Source: an uncultured Acidobacteriota bacterium (GTDB taxonomy: Bacteria > Acidobacteriota > UBA6911). From it: 64,000 bases of DNA. Positions within the stretch are counted from its first letter, which is position 1. Each line of letters begins with the position of its first letter. Both the position numbers and the translations under genes were made by a program. Under the pieces are notes generated by a model. The model did not search any database. It saw nothing but the letters and a program-made list of their open reading frames with translations, and was not told the origin of the DNA. Location of the stretch: positions 16,354 through 80,353 of the forward strand of contig CAZXSV010000002.1 in NCBI GenBank assembly GCA_964642735.1, given 5' to 3'. This document shows, piece after piece, positions 1 to 9,529 of the stretch.

Positions 1-317
1 AACTGCGCCGTTTCGGTTCGAAACTTGGTGGCGCCGCTTCCGACAGGATCGAGGACGACGGGAACTGCGTAATGATTGGCCATATGCCCGGCTTTGATCA
101 TGGAATTGATCCACGGAAGGCTCAGCGTGCCGAGGTTTAGGACAAGAGCCTTTGCCAGAACCGCCATTTCCTCAGCTTCCTCCGGGGCGTGCGCCATTAC
201 GGGAGAAGCGCCGAGAGCCAGCAAAGCATTCGCCGTCACATTCATGGCGACATAGTTGGTAATATTATGAATCAGGGGGGCTTCTTCTCGTATCTTCTGA
301 ATATCCTGCATTGCCAT
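1..317 (-). CDS. thiM: Hydroxyethylthiazole kinase (ThiM), N-terminal part; the gene runs off the left edge
   Basis: Own reverse translation gives M(AM)[63 protein letters not shown]... This matches the conserved ThiM N-terminus ([17 protein letters not shown]). ATG at 311 or 317. Truncated, so absent from the ORF track. Confidence 0.8.
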   Translation of the reverse strand, partial: MAMQDIQKIREEAPLIHNITNYVAMNVTANALLALGASPVMAHAPEEAEEMAVLAKALVLNLGTLSLPWINSMIKAGHMANHYAVPVVLDPVGSGATKFRTETAQ

Positions 318-609
318 GGGATTCTCCAGCGTTTCGCCCGTGCGATCGGGCCGGATTGACGGTCGGGCGCCCTGATGCAAGTCCCAGGAGTCCGACGGTA
401 TTGAAAATGCGTTCCTGCTTTTTCCCAACAACCGTTCACGGGTCGCCGGCATATTCCCTTTTATCGAATATCCGGATTCCGGCAGGGTTGCTTTGAAGGG
501 AAAAATCGAATTCCCGATAGGACTGGAAAAAATAGTAGAATCGTCTTTCTGCGCCGCTTTGGCGCTGCGACGTCTATTAAATGTAATTCGTGAATCGTCT
601 ATTGTAAAC

Positions 610-3156
610 ATGGAAAGCTTGCCCATCGACATTTTTCTGCCACAGATCACGGAGGCTCTGCATGCATCCGGCTCTCTTATTCTGACTGCGCCGCCCGGCG
701 CTGGCAAAACCACCCGCGTCCCCAGATCGCTATTGGAGGCCGGCTTCGCTGAAAAGGGCGAAATTCTCGTCTTGGAGCCGCGCAGGCTCGCGACGAGGCT
801 TGCGGCTGCAAGAGTCGCACAAGAGCTGGGAGAAAAACCGGGCGGCGCCGTCGGCTACTCGATACGATATGAAAACGTGGCGAGCGCCAAAACTCGAATC
901 CGTTTTCTGACCGAAGCGATACTCGCGCGGCAAATGGTGAGAAACCCGGATCTTCGCGGCGTTTCGGTTGTCATTCTGGACGAATTTCACGAACGAAACA
1001 TTGCCTCCGATCTTGCGCTGGCGCTGCTAAAGCCTTTGCAAACAAGAAGGCCGGATCTGAAAATCGTTGTCATGTCTGCGACGATGAGCGCGGAGCCTGC
1101 CGCCTCTTTTCTCTGCGCGAACCGGATTGCGGCTTCAGGGTCTCGATACGACCTTGAAATCGAGCATGAAGCGAAAGCGAGCGACCTGCCGCTTCATAAA
1201 AAAGTTTATTCCGCAGTCTTGAAGTTGCTGGAGGCTAAAATCCGGGGAGACATCCTGGTTTTTCTTCCCGGCGCCGCGGAGATACGGCGATCGGCGGAAT
1301 CTCTGGCGCTATTGCAGGAGCGATTTGCGATTGCGGTGCATCCCCTTCACGGAGACCTGCCATCCTCCGAACAATTTCGCGCCATTGCGCCGGCAGGCAG
1401 AACCAAGGTGATCCTTTCGACCAATGTCGCGGAGACATCCTTGACCATCCCCGGGGTCGCCGCTGTTGTGGACTCCGGACTCGCTCGTCTGGCGGGACAT
1501 TCCGCCTGGAGCGGCTTCCCAACGCTTGCAACCGCCAAGATCAGCCGGTCCTCCGCCATACAACGCGCCGGCCGCGCCGGGAGGACTCAAAACGGGCGAG
1601 CGATCAGACTTTACACAAAAGCTGATTTTGAATCCCGTCCGGAACAGGACGTTCCGGAGATCCGTCGCGCCGATCTCGCCGAGACCGTTCTGCTTCTGCA
1701 TGGCGCCGGCTTTTGTGAATTAAATTCCTTCCGATGGTTTGAACCTCCGCCTCAGCCGGCCATCGAAGCCGCCGAGACTCTCCTCCGGGATCTCGGAGCG
1801 GTGAAGTCAGACGGCAGCGTCACCGAAACCGGGCTTGAAATGTTGACGCTGCCTGTCCATCCGCGGCTGGCAAGGCTTATTGTGGAAGGCAAGAAACTGA
1901 AGGCTGCAGACGAGTGCGCATTGATCGCCGCACTTTTATCGGAAAAAGACATACGCGCGAATTTCCGCAGCAGATTGGGAACTGCAAAAAGGCGCTCCGG
2001 GCCGCAGACTTCGGGACAGTCGGATTTGATTGAATTGCTGGATAGCTATCGGCAGGCTTCGCAGGCCTGTTTCGATTCCGAACGCATCCGGTCGCTGAAA
2101 CTGGACGCAGCCGCCCTGCACTCAGTCCAACGCGCGCATCGTCATTTTCGAAAACTTCTGGATTCGCCAAGCCGGGCGTCCGGCCCTGGCGCCGCAGAAA
2201 AGGAAGAAGCCGTTATGGTCGCAGCGCTGTCGGCCTTTCCAGATCGTGTGGCCCGGCGGCGCAAAGCCGGCGGTCGTGAAATCGTATTGTGCGGCGGAGG
2301 CGCCGCCATTCTTTCCCGGGACAGCGTCGTTCACAATCCGGAGTTCATGATTGCGGTGGATGCAGAAGAAAAACGAGAAAGCGCGCCAGCCATGACGGCG
2401 GAAACCATTGTGCGAATCGCCTCCTCCATCGAAACGGAGTGGCTTGCAGCCCTTTTTCCTGAAGCTGTTTCCCAGAAAATAATATTTTCTTGGAATGAAC
2501 AGGCCGGAAGAGTGGATGAGGCGAACGTCGCCGTCTACCGCCAAATCGCGCTGGAAGAAAGGATCCGGCCGGCGACGCCAGGGGATGAGGCGTCTGAAAT
2601 TCTTTTTTCGGCAATTCTCTCCAAAGAACTCCAGCCGTTGGGCGACCGCGCCGCCCTGAATTCGTTTCGCGCCCGGGTTTCGCTGGCCGCCATCCACTTC
2701 CCGCAAGAAAATTTTCCTGAATTCAATGAGAGCGCCATCCATCAGATTGTAAAGCTTCTATGCCGGGGCAAAATCGCTTTAGCGCAACTCGCCTCGGTAT
2801 CGCTCATCGATGAATGCCGGGCCGGAATGACCGACCGCCAGCGAGTTATCCTCGCACGTGAAACTCCAGAGAGGATTTTAATAAATCCAAAGCGCGCGGT
2901 CCGGGTGCATTATGAATTCGCCCGCCCTCCCTGGATCGAATCCCGCTTGCAGGATTTTTTTGGCATGCGCGCTTCGCCCGCAATTTGCGGCGGAAAAGCG
3001 CCTTTGACTTTGCATTTGCTTGCTCCAAACGGCCGTGCGGTGCAAATCACGCAGGATATCGCGGGGTTCTGGGAGAGGCATTATCCAAAAGTCCGGAGGG
3101 AATTGAAAAGGCGCTATCCCAAGCACTCCTGGCCTGAAATCGCTCCCGTCGAGTGA
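610..3156 (+). CDS. hrpB: ATP-dependent DEAH-box helicase HrpB
   Basis: Walker [10 protein letters not shown], motif II DEFHER, SAT, motif [10 protein letters not shown], and a long HrpB-type C-terminal domain. The track ORF starts at TTG 493. The first ATG at 610 ([13 protein letters not shown]) is a more typical N-terminus. Confidence 0.85.
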   Translation: MESLPIDIFLPQITEALHASGSLILTAPPGAGKTTRVPRSLLEAGFAEKGEILVLEPRRLATRLAAARVAQELGEKPGGAVGYSIRYENVASAKTRIRFLTEAILARQMVRNPDLRGVSVVILDEFHERNIASDLALALLKPLQTRRPDLKIVVMSATMSAEPAASFLCANRIAASGSRYDLEIEHEAKASDLPLHKKVYSAVLKLLEAKIRGDILVFLPGAAEIRRSAESLALLQERFAIAVHPLHGDLPSSEQFRAIAPAGRTKVILSTNVAETSLTIPGVAAVVDSGLARLAGHSAWSGFPTLATAKISRSSAIQRAGRAGRTQNGRAIRLYTKADFESRPEQDVPEIRRADLAETVLLLHGAGFCELNSFRWFEPPPQPAIEAAETLLRDLGAVKSDGSVTETGLEMLTLPVHPRLARLIVEGKKLKAADECALIAALLSEKDIRANFRSRLGTAKRRSGPQTSGQSDLIELLDSYRQASQACFDSERIRSLKLDAAALHSVQRAHRHFRKLLDSPSRASGPGAAEKEEAVMVAALSAFPDRVARRRKAGGREIVLCGGGAAILSRDSVVHNPEFMIAVDAEEKRESAPAMTAETIVRIASSIETEWLAALFPEAVSQKIIFSWNEQAGRVDEANVAVYRQIALEERIRPATPGDEASEILFSAILSKELQPLGDRAALNSFRARVSLAAIHFPQENFPEFNESAIHQIVKLLCRGKIALAQLASVSLIDECRAGMTDRQRVILARETPERILINPKRAVRVHYEFARPPWIESRLQDFFGMRASPAICGGKAPLTLHLLAPNGRAVQITQDIAGFWERHYPKVRRELKRRYPKHSWPEIAPVE

Positions 3157-3358
3157 ACGAGACCGTATGCGGCTCAGATGCTGAAGGGATGGCGCGGACA
3201 AGAAAAATCCATACCCATTCTGCTGCTGCGCCGAGCTTTTCGTGCGACATGAGGCGAGTTATCGGCGCCGCTGGCAAGGCGGGCCGACGATAGGATATCG
3301 GAAATATTCCGAGGAGGACTAATGCCGCCAGCGTCGTCGAGAGCCGGCGAGATATGTA

Positions 3359-3624
3359 AGGGCCTGTCAATGAATAACGTTTACACTTTGGCGCGAGCGC
3401 CGGACGGACAGATGCAAGGCGCCGCGACGGGGGCGATGCGGCGCCATCGTCGAGGAGCGAAGCAGATGCCCGCCCGCCGCCGCGCCCCTTCGGGCTGCGG
3501 CCCGCAGGCTCGCTGGCTTTGTTGCTCGCTCCTTACATGCACACCAGCATGCTCGTCGCTCGCGCCTAGACAGCGAGTCTGGGGGTCAGCAGCAAAGTGC
3601 AGACGTTATTCATTGACAGGCCCT
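3359..3624. mobile_element. 266-bp non-coding element bounded by perfect 22-bp terminal inverted repeats (MITE-like)
   Basis: AGGGCCTGTCAATGAATAACGT at 3359-3380 is the exact reverse complement of 3603-3624. The interior is GC-rich. It shares the TTATTCAT core and an ATGCAAGGCGC 11-mer with the repeat at 7064-7240. It lies in the convergent hrpB / nusG-like intergenic region. Confidence 0.6.
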
Positions 3625-3646
3625 AACGAACTTCAGGCACGGGACG

Positions 3647-4219
3647 CTAGATCGGACGCACATCGGAAGCGTCTATCTCGACCGAAACAGCCTGACGAAT
3701 CAAATCGACCTGTAAAACGAATCGGAACCTTCCCCGTTTCTCCACGAGCATGCCGTGAATGCCTTTAAGCGGTCCTGCGACGACTTCCACCCGCGTCCCA
3801 ACCTGCATGTAAGGGTAGGAATCGATGGAAATGCTTGATTCCAGAAATCGCCGCACATAAAGGATCTGATCTTCCGGAATCGGCTCGGCATGCCCTTCAT
3901 GACCGACAAAACGAACGGCGCCCGGCAGGTTTAATATACGAAAGCGGTTCTCGGGAGTGTCGACGTGATTGATGAAAATGTATCCCGGAAATAGAGGAAT
4001 CCAGATTTTCTTCTTTCGATCTTTCCAACGGCTGATGACCTCGCGCATCGGGAGGAAAACTTCAATGTCCCGATCCGTCAGTTCGCTCAGCATCTTCTTT
4101 TCGAAGCGGCTGCGCGTGTATAGAGCGTACCATTCCGGTTTCAAATGGGAATCCTCTGCGGCCTGTTGTGAAATCGAACCGAAAAAAGCGTTTCCCCATT
4201 CAAAGGCCATTGTCGACAT
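3647..4219 (-). CDS. NusG-family transcription antitermination paralog (NGN + KOW; UpxY/RfaH-like)
   Basis: NGN-like WYALYTRSRFEKKMLSEL...FLPMREV...IPLFPGYIFI, and a C-terminal KOW GTRVEVVAGPLKGIHGMLVEK. 190 aa. Confidence 0.8.
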   Translation of the reverse strand: MSTMAFEWGNAFFGSISQQAAEDSHLKPEWYALYTRSRFEKKMLSELTDRDIEVFLPMREVISRWKDRKKKIWIPLFPGYIFINHVDTPENRFRILNLPGAVRFVGHEGHAEPIPEDQILYVRRFLESSISIDSYPYMQVGTRVEVVAGPLKGIHGMLVEKRGRFRFVLQVDLIRQAVSVEIDASDVRPI

Positions 4220-4389
4220 CTATGGCCAAACGGAGGAAATGCACCCTTGAATGCCCCCAACTCCCACGCGCGGTTCAATATAGCGGCCCAGCCACAGACT
4301 GTCAAGGATCAGATCTATTGCATTGAGCGCCTGAGATTTATTCATTATTATTTCCCTGGGATGAAATTGCAGGACTCAGGGAGGATGGA

Positions 4390-5385
4390 TTGTCGATCGC
4401 CAGAACAGCAAATGGATCTGATCCGGAAGCGATTGCGGAAGCGGCTCGGATAATTATCAACGGCGGGCTGGTGGCCTTCCCCACGGAAACGGTTTACGGT
4501 TTGGGCGCCGACGCTCTCAATCCTCTGGCCGTCGCCCGGATTTTTGAAGTCAAGGCGCGGCCCCGCATCGATCCCATTATCGTGCATGTAGCCGATCGGC
4601 GGATGGCCGGAATATACGGAGAGCTGTCGGACTTGGCACACGCTCTCGCCGAGCGATTCTGGCCGGGTCCTCTGACTCTGGTCGTGCCCAAAAAACCTGA
4701 AGCGCCTTCGATCGTAACGGCGGGCTTGCCGACAGTGGCAATCCGGTCTCCGGACCATCCCGTCGCCCTGGCGATTATAAAAGCCGCCGGGAGAGGGATC
4801 GCCGCTCCCAGCGCCAATCCCTTTGGCTATGTCAGCCCCACTCTGGCTGAACATGTTGCGGAGCTGCTTTCGGACCGGATTGATTTGATTCTTGATGGAG
4901 GACCCTCCGCTATTGGGGTGGAGTCCACAATCCTTTCGCTTGTGGACTCCACTCCTTCCATACTCAGAACCGGCGGCGTTTCGATTGAAGAGCTTGAATC
5001 AGCTCTTGGAAAACTGAAGCTATCGACAGGCGCAACCGTCCGCCCTCAGGCGCCTGGCCAGTTGGCGCGCCATTACGCAACCCGAACCCGTTTGGAGATT
5101 GCGGAAGAGGGGATGGAGCGGCTGAAGAAACAGGAGAAAACCGGGCTTCTCTGCCTTCAAGAGCCTGCCGATCGGGACGCTTATGCCGCGATTGAAACAT
5201 TATCGCCTTCAGGAGATCTGCGGGAAGCGGCGGCGAATCTCTTTCGCGCATTGCGCAGGCTCGACAGCCTGTCGCTGGATCGAATCATCGCCCGGCCGCT
5301 GGCTGAAAAGGGATTGGGCGCAGCCATAATGGACAGGCTTCGTCGGTGCTCGGCCGATCGACCCGAAGATTCCCGCATTCTATGA
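4390..5385 (+). CDS. tsaC: L-threonylcarbamoyladenylate synthase (TsaC/Sua5 long form)
   Basis: YrdC-domain signature AFPTETVYGLGADA, SANPFG, plus a Sua5-type C-terminal extension (331 aa). TTG start preceded by GGGAGGA. Confidence 0.85.
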   Translation: MSIARTANGSDPEAIAEAARIIINGGLVAFPTETVYGLGADALNPLAVARIFEVKARPRIDPIIVHVADRRMAGIYGELSDLAHALAERFWPGPLTLVVPKKPEAPSIVTAGLPTVAIRSPDHPVALAIIKAAGRGIAAPSANPFGYVSPTLAEHVAELLSDRIDLILDGGPSAIGVESTILSLVDSTPSILRTGGVSIEELESALGKLKLSTGATVRPQAPGQLARHYATRTRLEIAEEGMERLKKQEKTGLLCLQEPADRDAYAAIETLSPSGDLREAAANLFRALRRLDSLSLDRIIARPLAEKGLGAAIMDRLRRCSADRPEDSRIL

Positions 5386-5594
5386 TGGCGTCTCGGATTC
5401 ATTGTTTTCCGAAAACCCTGCCATGGGATTCGGCGCGGAGAATGCTCAACCGGATCTTCCCCGCGTTCTCCGCGACTCTTTTCGCGCCCCTTCATCGAAT
5501 CGGGGCCGCCGGGAGGTGCGAAACTGGATAATATTGTTGCGAAACCGACGCAAAGTTTTTTTCCCATGCGACGCGCCATGTTAAAGTAGGGCTC

Positions 5595-6077
5595 ATGCTA
5601 CTCGATTGCAACGAAATCGTGCCGGATCGTTTGTGGGTGGGCAGCTATGTCCAGCCTGAGGATATTTCCCGCCTGAAGCAGATGGGAATTACCGCCATTG
5701 TCAGCATGCAAAGCGATGAGGATATATCGAGCTACAAAATATCGCTGAAAAAAATTCTGAAAGCCTGCGAGGCCGCGGATATGGATTTTCGCCGCATACC
5801 GGCTCAGGACTTCGATCAGAAATCTCTTTCAGCCACCCTCCCCAAAGCGGTCCAGGAGGTGGAGAAAGCGTTGACGCCTCGATGGGCGAAAGCCTATGTG
5901 CATTGCACTGCAGGAATCAACCGCGGGCCGACGCTGGCCGCGGCTTATTTGATAAAAAGTCAGGGCTTGTCCGCTCAGGAAGCTTACGACTATGTCACAA
6001 CCCGACGGCACTGCAGCCCCTATCTGGAGGTTTTGTATCAGTTTGAAGCATCGATCCAACGGGACCGCGCCGGTTAG
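5595..6077 (+). CDS. Dual-specificity (Cys-based) protein phosphatase
   Basis: Catalytic CX5R loop HCTAGINRG in a 160-aa protein of DSP size. Confidence 0.75.
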   Translation: MLLDCNEIVPDRLWVGSYVQPEDISRLKQMGITAIVSMQSDEDISSYKISLKKILKACEAADMDFRRIPAQDFDQKSLSATLPKAVQEVEKALTPRWAKAYVHCTAGINRGPTLAAAYLIKSQGLSAQEAYDYVTTRRHCSPYLEVLYQFEASIQRDRAG

Positions 6078-6140
6078 CGGATCCTCCTGCTTCGTTTTAC
6101 ATCCTGGACATTCCACTTCCGCCCGGAATTAGGAAGAAAA

Positions 6141-7067
6141 ATGACTCATTCGATAGGCTCTCCTGCTTTTTGGATTTTATTTATCGTTATCGTTCTTTTT
6201 CTCCTGTCCATTGATTTGGGAGTTTTCCACCGAAAAGCTCATGCGGTGTCCTTTCGCGAAGCGTTGTGCTGGAGCATTGTGTGGGTCCTGCTCTCATTGT
6301 CTTTCGGCGGCTGGATCTTTTCGACCTTCGGCAGAAATTACGGCCTTGAATTTTTCGCAGGATACCTGATCGAGTATGCCTTGAGCGTCGACAACGTATT
6401 CGTTTTTATCTTGATCTTCTCGTATTTCGGCGTCCCGCCCAAACTTCACCACAGGGCGCTTTTCTGGGGCATCCTTGGAGCGCTGATCATGCGCGCGCTT
6501 TTTATCATGGCGGGATCGGCTTTGATCAGCGCCTTCCACTGGGCGATCTATATTTTCGGCGCATTTCTTGTTTTAACGGGTTTTAAGGTGCTGCGCCAGG
6601 GAAGTTCGGAAGTTTCGCCGGAGCGAAATCCCGTAGTGCGTATTTTCCAACGTTTCGTGCCGATGTCTTCAGGCTATGAATCGGGAAACTTTTTTACGAT
6701 TCAGAACGGAAAGCTTCTGGCCACGCCGCTGGCCCTGGTGCTCGTGACCGTCGAAGCCACGGATGTGGTGTTCGCTCTGGATTCCATCCCGGCCATTTTT
6801 GGAGTGACTCGCGATCCTTTTATTGTTTACACTTCAAACGTCTGCGCCATTCTTGGGCTTCGATCCCTGTATTTTTTGCTTGCCTCCGTCATCACGCGCT
6901 TCGCCTATTTAGGAACCGGCCTTGGAATCGTCCTCATTTTTATCGGGGCGAAGATGCTGTTCAGCGGTTTGGTTGAAATCCCGATTGGGCTTTCGCTGGC
7001 GGCGGTCGCTTCGATTCTGGCATGCGCTATAGCCATTTCCATTCTCCGGCCTCCCCAAAAGCCTTAA
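6141..7067 (+). CDS. terC: TerC/Alx-family integral membrane protein
   Basis: Multi-pass hydrophobic protein with the TerC-type EYALSVDNVFVF and ATDVVFALDSIPA repeats. Confidence 0.8.
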   Translation: MTHSIGSPAFWILFIVIVLFLLSIDLGVFHRKAHAVSFREALCWSIVWVLLSLSFGGWIFSTFGRNYGLEFFAGYLIEYALSVDNVFVFILIFSYFGVPPKLHHRALFWGILGALIMRALFIMAGSALISAFHWAIYIFGAFLVLTGFKVLRQGSSEVSPERNPVVRIFQRFVPMSSGYESGNFFTIQNGKLLATPLALVLVTVEATDVVFALDSIPAIFGVTRDPFIVYTSNVCAILGLRSLYFLLASVITRFAYLGTGLGIVLIFIGAKMLFSGLVEIPIGLSLAAVASILACAIAISILRPPQKP

Positions 7068-7240
7068 TCCGCATTATTCATGAAGCTTTTACTGCGGCGA
7101 CGGATCCGGGCATGAATGCAAGGCGCATCTGTCAGCTTCTCCGCCGGCGCGACTCGATATCGACGATGGCGCTCTCGACTGTACGTCGAGGTCATGGAAC
7201 GCAACGCCGCCGCAGAATCCTCATGAATCCTGCGGGTTAA
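7064..7240. mobile_element. 177-bp MITE-like repeat, copy A (imperfect 22-bp TIRs, TTAA at both ends)
   Basis: Left end TTAATCCGCATTATTCATGAAG; right end CCTCATGAATCCTGCGGGTTAA. The sub-terminal sequence GAAGCTT[T/C]TACTG[C/T]GG...TCCGGGCATG is shared with copy B (22092-22205). The left TIR overlaps the terC stop codon. Confidence 0.7.
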
Positions 7241-7300
7241 GCTTTCAATCCGAATCGTTTCTTTGATACCATCGATGGCGGAAACGGAGAACGGATTCCG

Positions 7301-8167
7301 ATGCTGAGAGAGCCCATTTCACAGTTTTACTATTCCCATCGGCTTAAACTTCACTTCTGGGACTGGGAGAACCGCAAAAAACCCAATTTGATTTTCGTGC
7401 ATGGGGGCATGGACCATGCGCGGAGCTGGGATCGCATTATTGAGGCTTTCCAGGACGATTTCCGGGTGATCGCGCCCGACCTTCGCGGTCACGGCGACAG
7501 CAGTTGGTCTTACGGCGCCTTGTACAGCGTCGCCGAGTATCTTCTCGACCTTGCCGCTCTTGTCGACATCGTGGGCAAATCCCCGGTTTACCTTGTTGGG
7601 CATTCTTTGGGCGCCGCCGTCGTGTTGCAGTATGCAGGGATTTATCCCGAAAAGGTGAAGAAGCTGGTTGCGATTGAAGGAGCATCCGCGCCGCCTGAAA
7701 TGGCGTCCCGTCCGGCCCATGAAAGGTTCCGAAATTGGGTTGAAGCGATGCGAAACGCCGAAAAAAGGGTTCCCCGCCGCTATGGCAGCCTTGAAGCCGC
7801 CTACGAACGGATGCACAAGGAGAATCCCTATTTGTCGGGCGAAATGGCGCGCCACCTGACCCTTTACGGTTCGAACTGGAATCCGGACGGCACGCTCACA
7901 TGGAAATTCGACAACTTTGTTAGAACTCCGCCTCCTTATGCATACAGCATCGACTTAGCCAAAGAAATCTGGCGCCGGATAAGCGCCCCCGTCCTGTTGT
8001 TTTACGGCTGCGACAGCTGGCTTGGCGATCCGATGAAAGACGGCCATGTCCTTGCCATTCCAGACCGCAGGCTCATCGGCGTGCCGAACGCAGGCCACTG
8101 GCTGCACCACGACCGACCGGAATTGTTCATTGAAGAGACGCGAAGTTTTTTTGCGCAGCCGGATTAG
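7301..8167 (+). CDS. Alpha/beta-fold hydrolase
   Basis: HGG oxyanion region (FVHGGMDHARSW), nucleophile elbow GHSLGA, C-terminal GHWLHHD. Confidence 0.75.
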   Translation: MLREPISQFYYSHRLKLHFWDWENRKKPNLIFVHGGMDHARSWDRIIEAFQDDFRVIAPDLRGHGDSSWSYGALYSVAEYLLDLAALVDIVGKSPVYLVGHSLGAAVVLQYAGIYPEKVKKLVAIEGASAPPEMASRPAHERFRNWVEAMRNAEKRVPRRYGSLEAAYERMHKENPYLSGEMARHLTLYGSNWNPDGTLTWKFDNFVRTPPPYAYSIDLAKEIWRRISAPVLLFYGCDSWLGDPMKDGHVLAIPDRRLIGVPNAGHWLHHDRPELFIEETRSFFAQPD

Positions 8168-8283
8168 AAGACAACGGAAGAGCGCGGGATCGGCCCGATA
8201 GCCGCCGCTTTCGCCCGGTTCATGAAGAAATGCAGAGCAGACTCTTTGCGCCCGGGCTTCGTTTCATGGCAGGATCGGCGGTT

Positions 8284-8877
8284 TCAGGCGCTTTTCCTGA
8301 GTTCAAGCAATACTTGCCGTGCGACAGCCTTGAGGGTCGTAAGGACGCCTGTTCCCTTCGTAGCAACAGCCTCGAACATCGGCTCCCCCTTCACCGAAAG
8401 CTGCTTCTGAAGTTCTTCAACCGGCATTGCATTCGGCAGGTCCCGCTTATTCAGCTGCAGCACATAAGGGACTTTCATGAGATCGAATCCCTGCTCCTTC
8501 AGATTTTGAGACAGATTGGAAATCGACTCAAGATTCGCGTCCATTCGCTCTTCCTGCGAGTCGGCGACAAACACGATTCCGTCCACGCCTTTAAGAATGA
8601 GTTTGCGGCTCGAATCATAGAAGACCTGACCTGGCACGGTATACAAATGGAAACGGATTCGCAGGCCGCGAAGCTGGCCTAGATTCAGCGGCAGAAAATC
8701 GAAGAACAGAGTCCTCTCGGTTTCGGTGGCAAGCGAAATCAGCTTACCCGTGTTCTCCGGGCTCATACTCATGATCTGATGGACATACTGCAAGTTCGTC
8801 GTCTTGCCGCCCAAACCAGGTCCGTAATAGACGATTTTGCAATTGATTTCCCGGGCAACATAATTAATGAACGTCAA
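8284..8877 (-). CDS. mglA: Ras-like polarity GTPase MglA
   Basis: P-loop [10 protein letters not shown], switch-[14 protein letters not shown]. 197 aa, and directly downstream of a roadblock/LC7 gene as in mglBA operons. Confidence 0.85.
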   Translation of the reverse strand: MTFINYVAREINCKIVYYGPGLGGKTTNLQYVHQIMSMSPENTGKLISLATETERTLFFDFLPLNLGQLRGLRIRFHLYTVPGQVFYDSSRKLILKGVDGIVFVADSQEERMDANLESISNLSQNLKEQGFDLMKVPYVLQLNKRDLPNAMPVEELQKQLSVKGEPMFEAVATKGTGVLTTLKAVARQVLLELRKSA

Positions 8878-8912
8878 TGTATATTCCTCAGTCCAATAGA
8901 TGATTCAGAACA

Positions 8913-9395
8913 TCAGCGGCCCAAAAGCTCCTCCAGCTCCTCATCGCTGAATTGTGGATTGTTTGCAGCGGATTCGTTTTTTTCGGTTCTGCGCTGAAAA
9001 TCCCGAATCACGTCTTCAAGCAACGCCGAAGCTCGCTTGGACCGGTAACGCACCAGGCCCATCGAGGCCGATGCATCAAATACAACCACCAAAGAAAACT
9101 GTTTGACCAGGTCGGAAATGTACAGGCTGCGCTGGCGCCCCTGATGAACAAGGACGGAAAACTCCTTTTCCCCCACAATGTTTGCAAGACCATCAGTCGC
9201 CGCCAGATTCGCCGCCGCAAGCGCCGCAAGCGCCGTACAATCAACCCCTTTCGCCTCTCCCGAAACAACGACAGGCTGCCCGCTTCGGGTGATCAACAGA
9301 ACGAGATCCGCCCTCAACTCCTTTTGCATCTTGAGCAGAATGGCTTTGATGCGCTGGAATTCAGGCTCACGCAGATTAAAATTATTTAAGCTCAC
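8913..9395 (-). CDS. mglB: Roadblock/LC7-domain protein MglB (MglA GAP)
   Basis: 160 aa. Roadblock-type core (LVLLITRSGQPVV...GEKEFSVLVHQG...LVVVFD), an acidic C-terminal tail, and position upstream of mglA. Confidence 0.8.
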   Translation of the reverse strand: MSLNNFNLREPEFQRIKAILLKMQKELRADLVLLITRSGQPVVVSGEAKGVDCTALAALAAANLAATDGLANIVGEKEFSVLVHQGRQRSLYISDLVKQFSLVVVFDASASMGLVRYRSKRASALLEDVIRDFQRRTEKNESAANNPQFSDEELEELLGR

Positions 9396-9529
9396 GTCTC
9401 TATATCATTCGGGAAACATGAAATACTTAATAAATTCAATCACTTATGCGAATAATTCTCTGCGATGCAGAAATGAAGCTCCAGGGGGCTCTTTTTATCA
9501 TTTCATGAGAGTCGCCGAGCAACCTCTTC

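Noticed and set aside
312-609. Possible TPP riboswitch in the ~300-nt region upstream of thiM (minus strand).
   Set aside because: Reading the minus-strand RNA, I could not find the conserved CUGAGA and ACCUGAUCUGGAUAAUGCCAGCG-type blocks in the right order. Only loose fragments are present (AAUACCG, GCUGGAGAA next to the start codon). A covariance-model scan (Rfam RF00059) would settle it.
3322-3768. 148-aa plus-strand ORF rich in Arg/Ala/Cys.
   Set aside because: It lies almost entirely inside the GC-rich inverted-repeat element, has no RBS, and has a low-complexity composition typical of GC-rich non-coding sequence.
5537-5562. TTGCG-AAACCGA-CGCAA followed by a T7 run, as a terminator for tsaC.
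   Set aside because: The stem is only 5 bp and lies 150 nt past the stop codon. This is too weak to annotate.
6078-6140. yybP-ykoY (Mn) riboswitch or PRE element upstream of terC/alx.
   Set aside because: The intergenic region is only 63 nt, too short for that riboswitch, and no conserved blocks were recognised.
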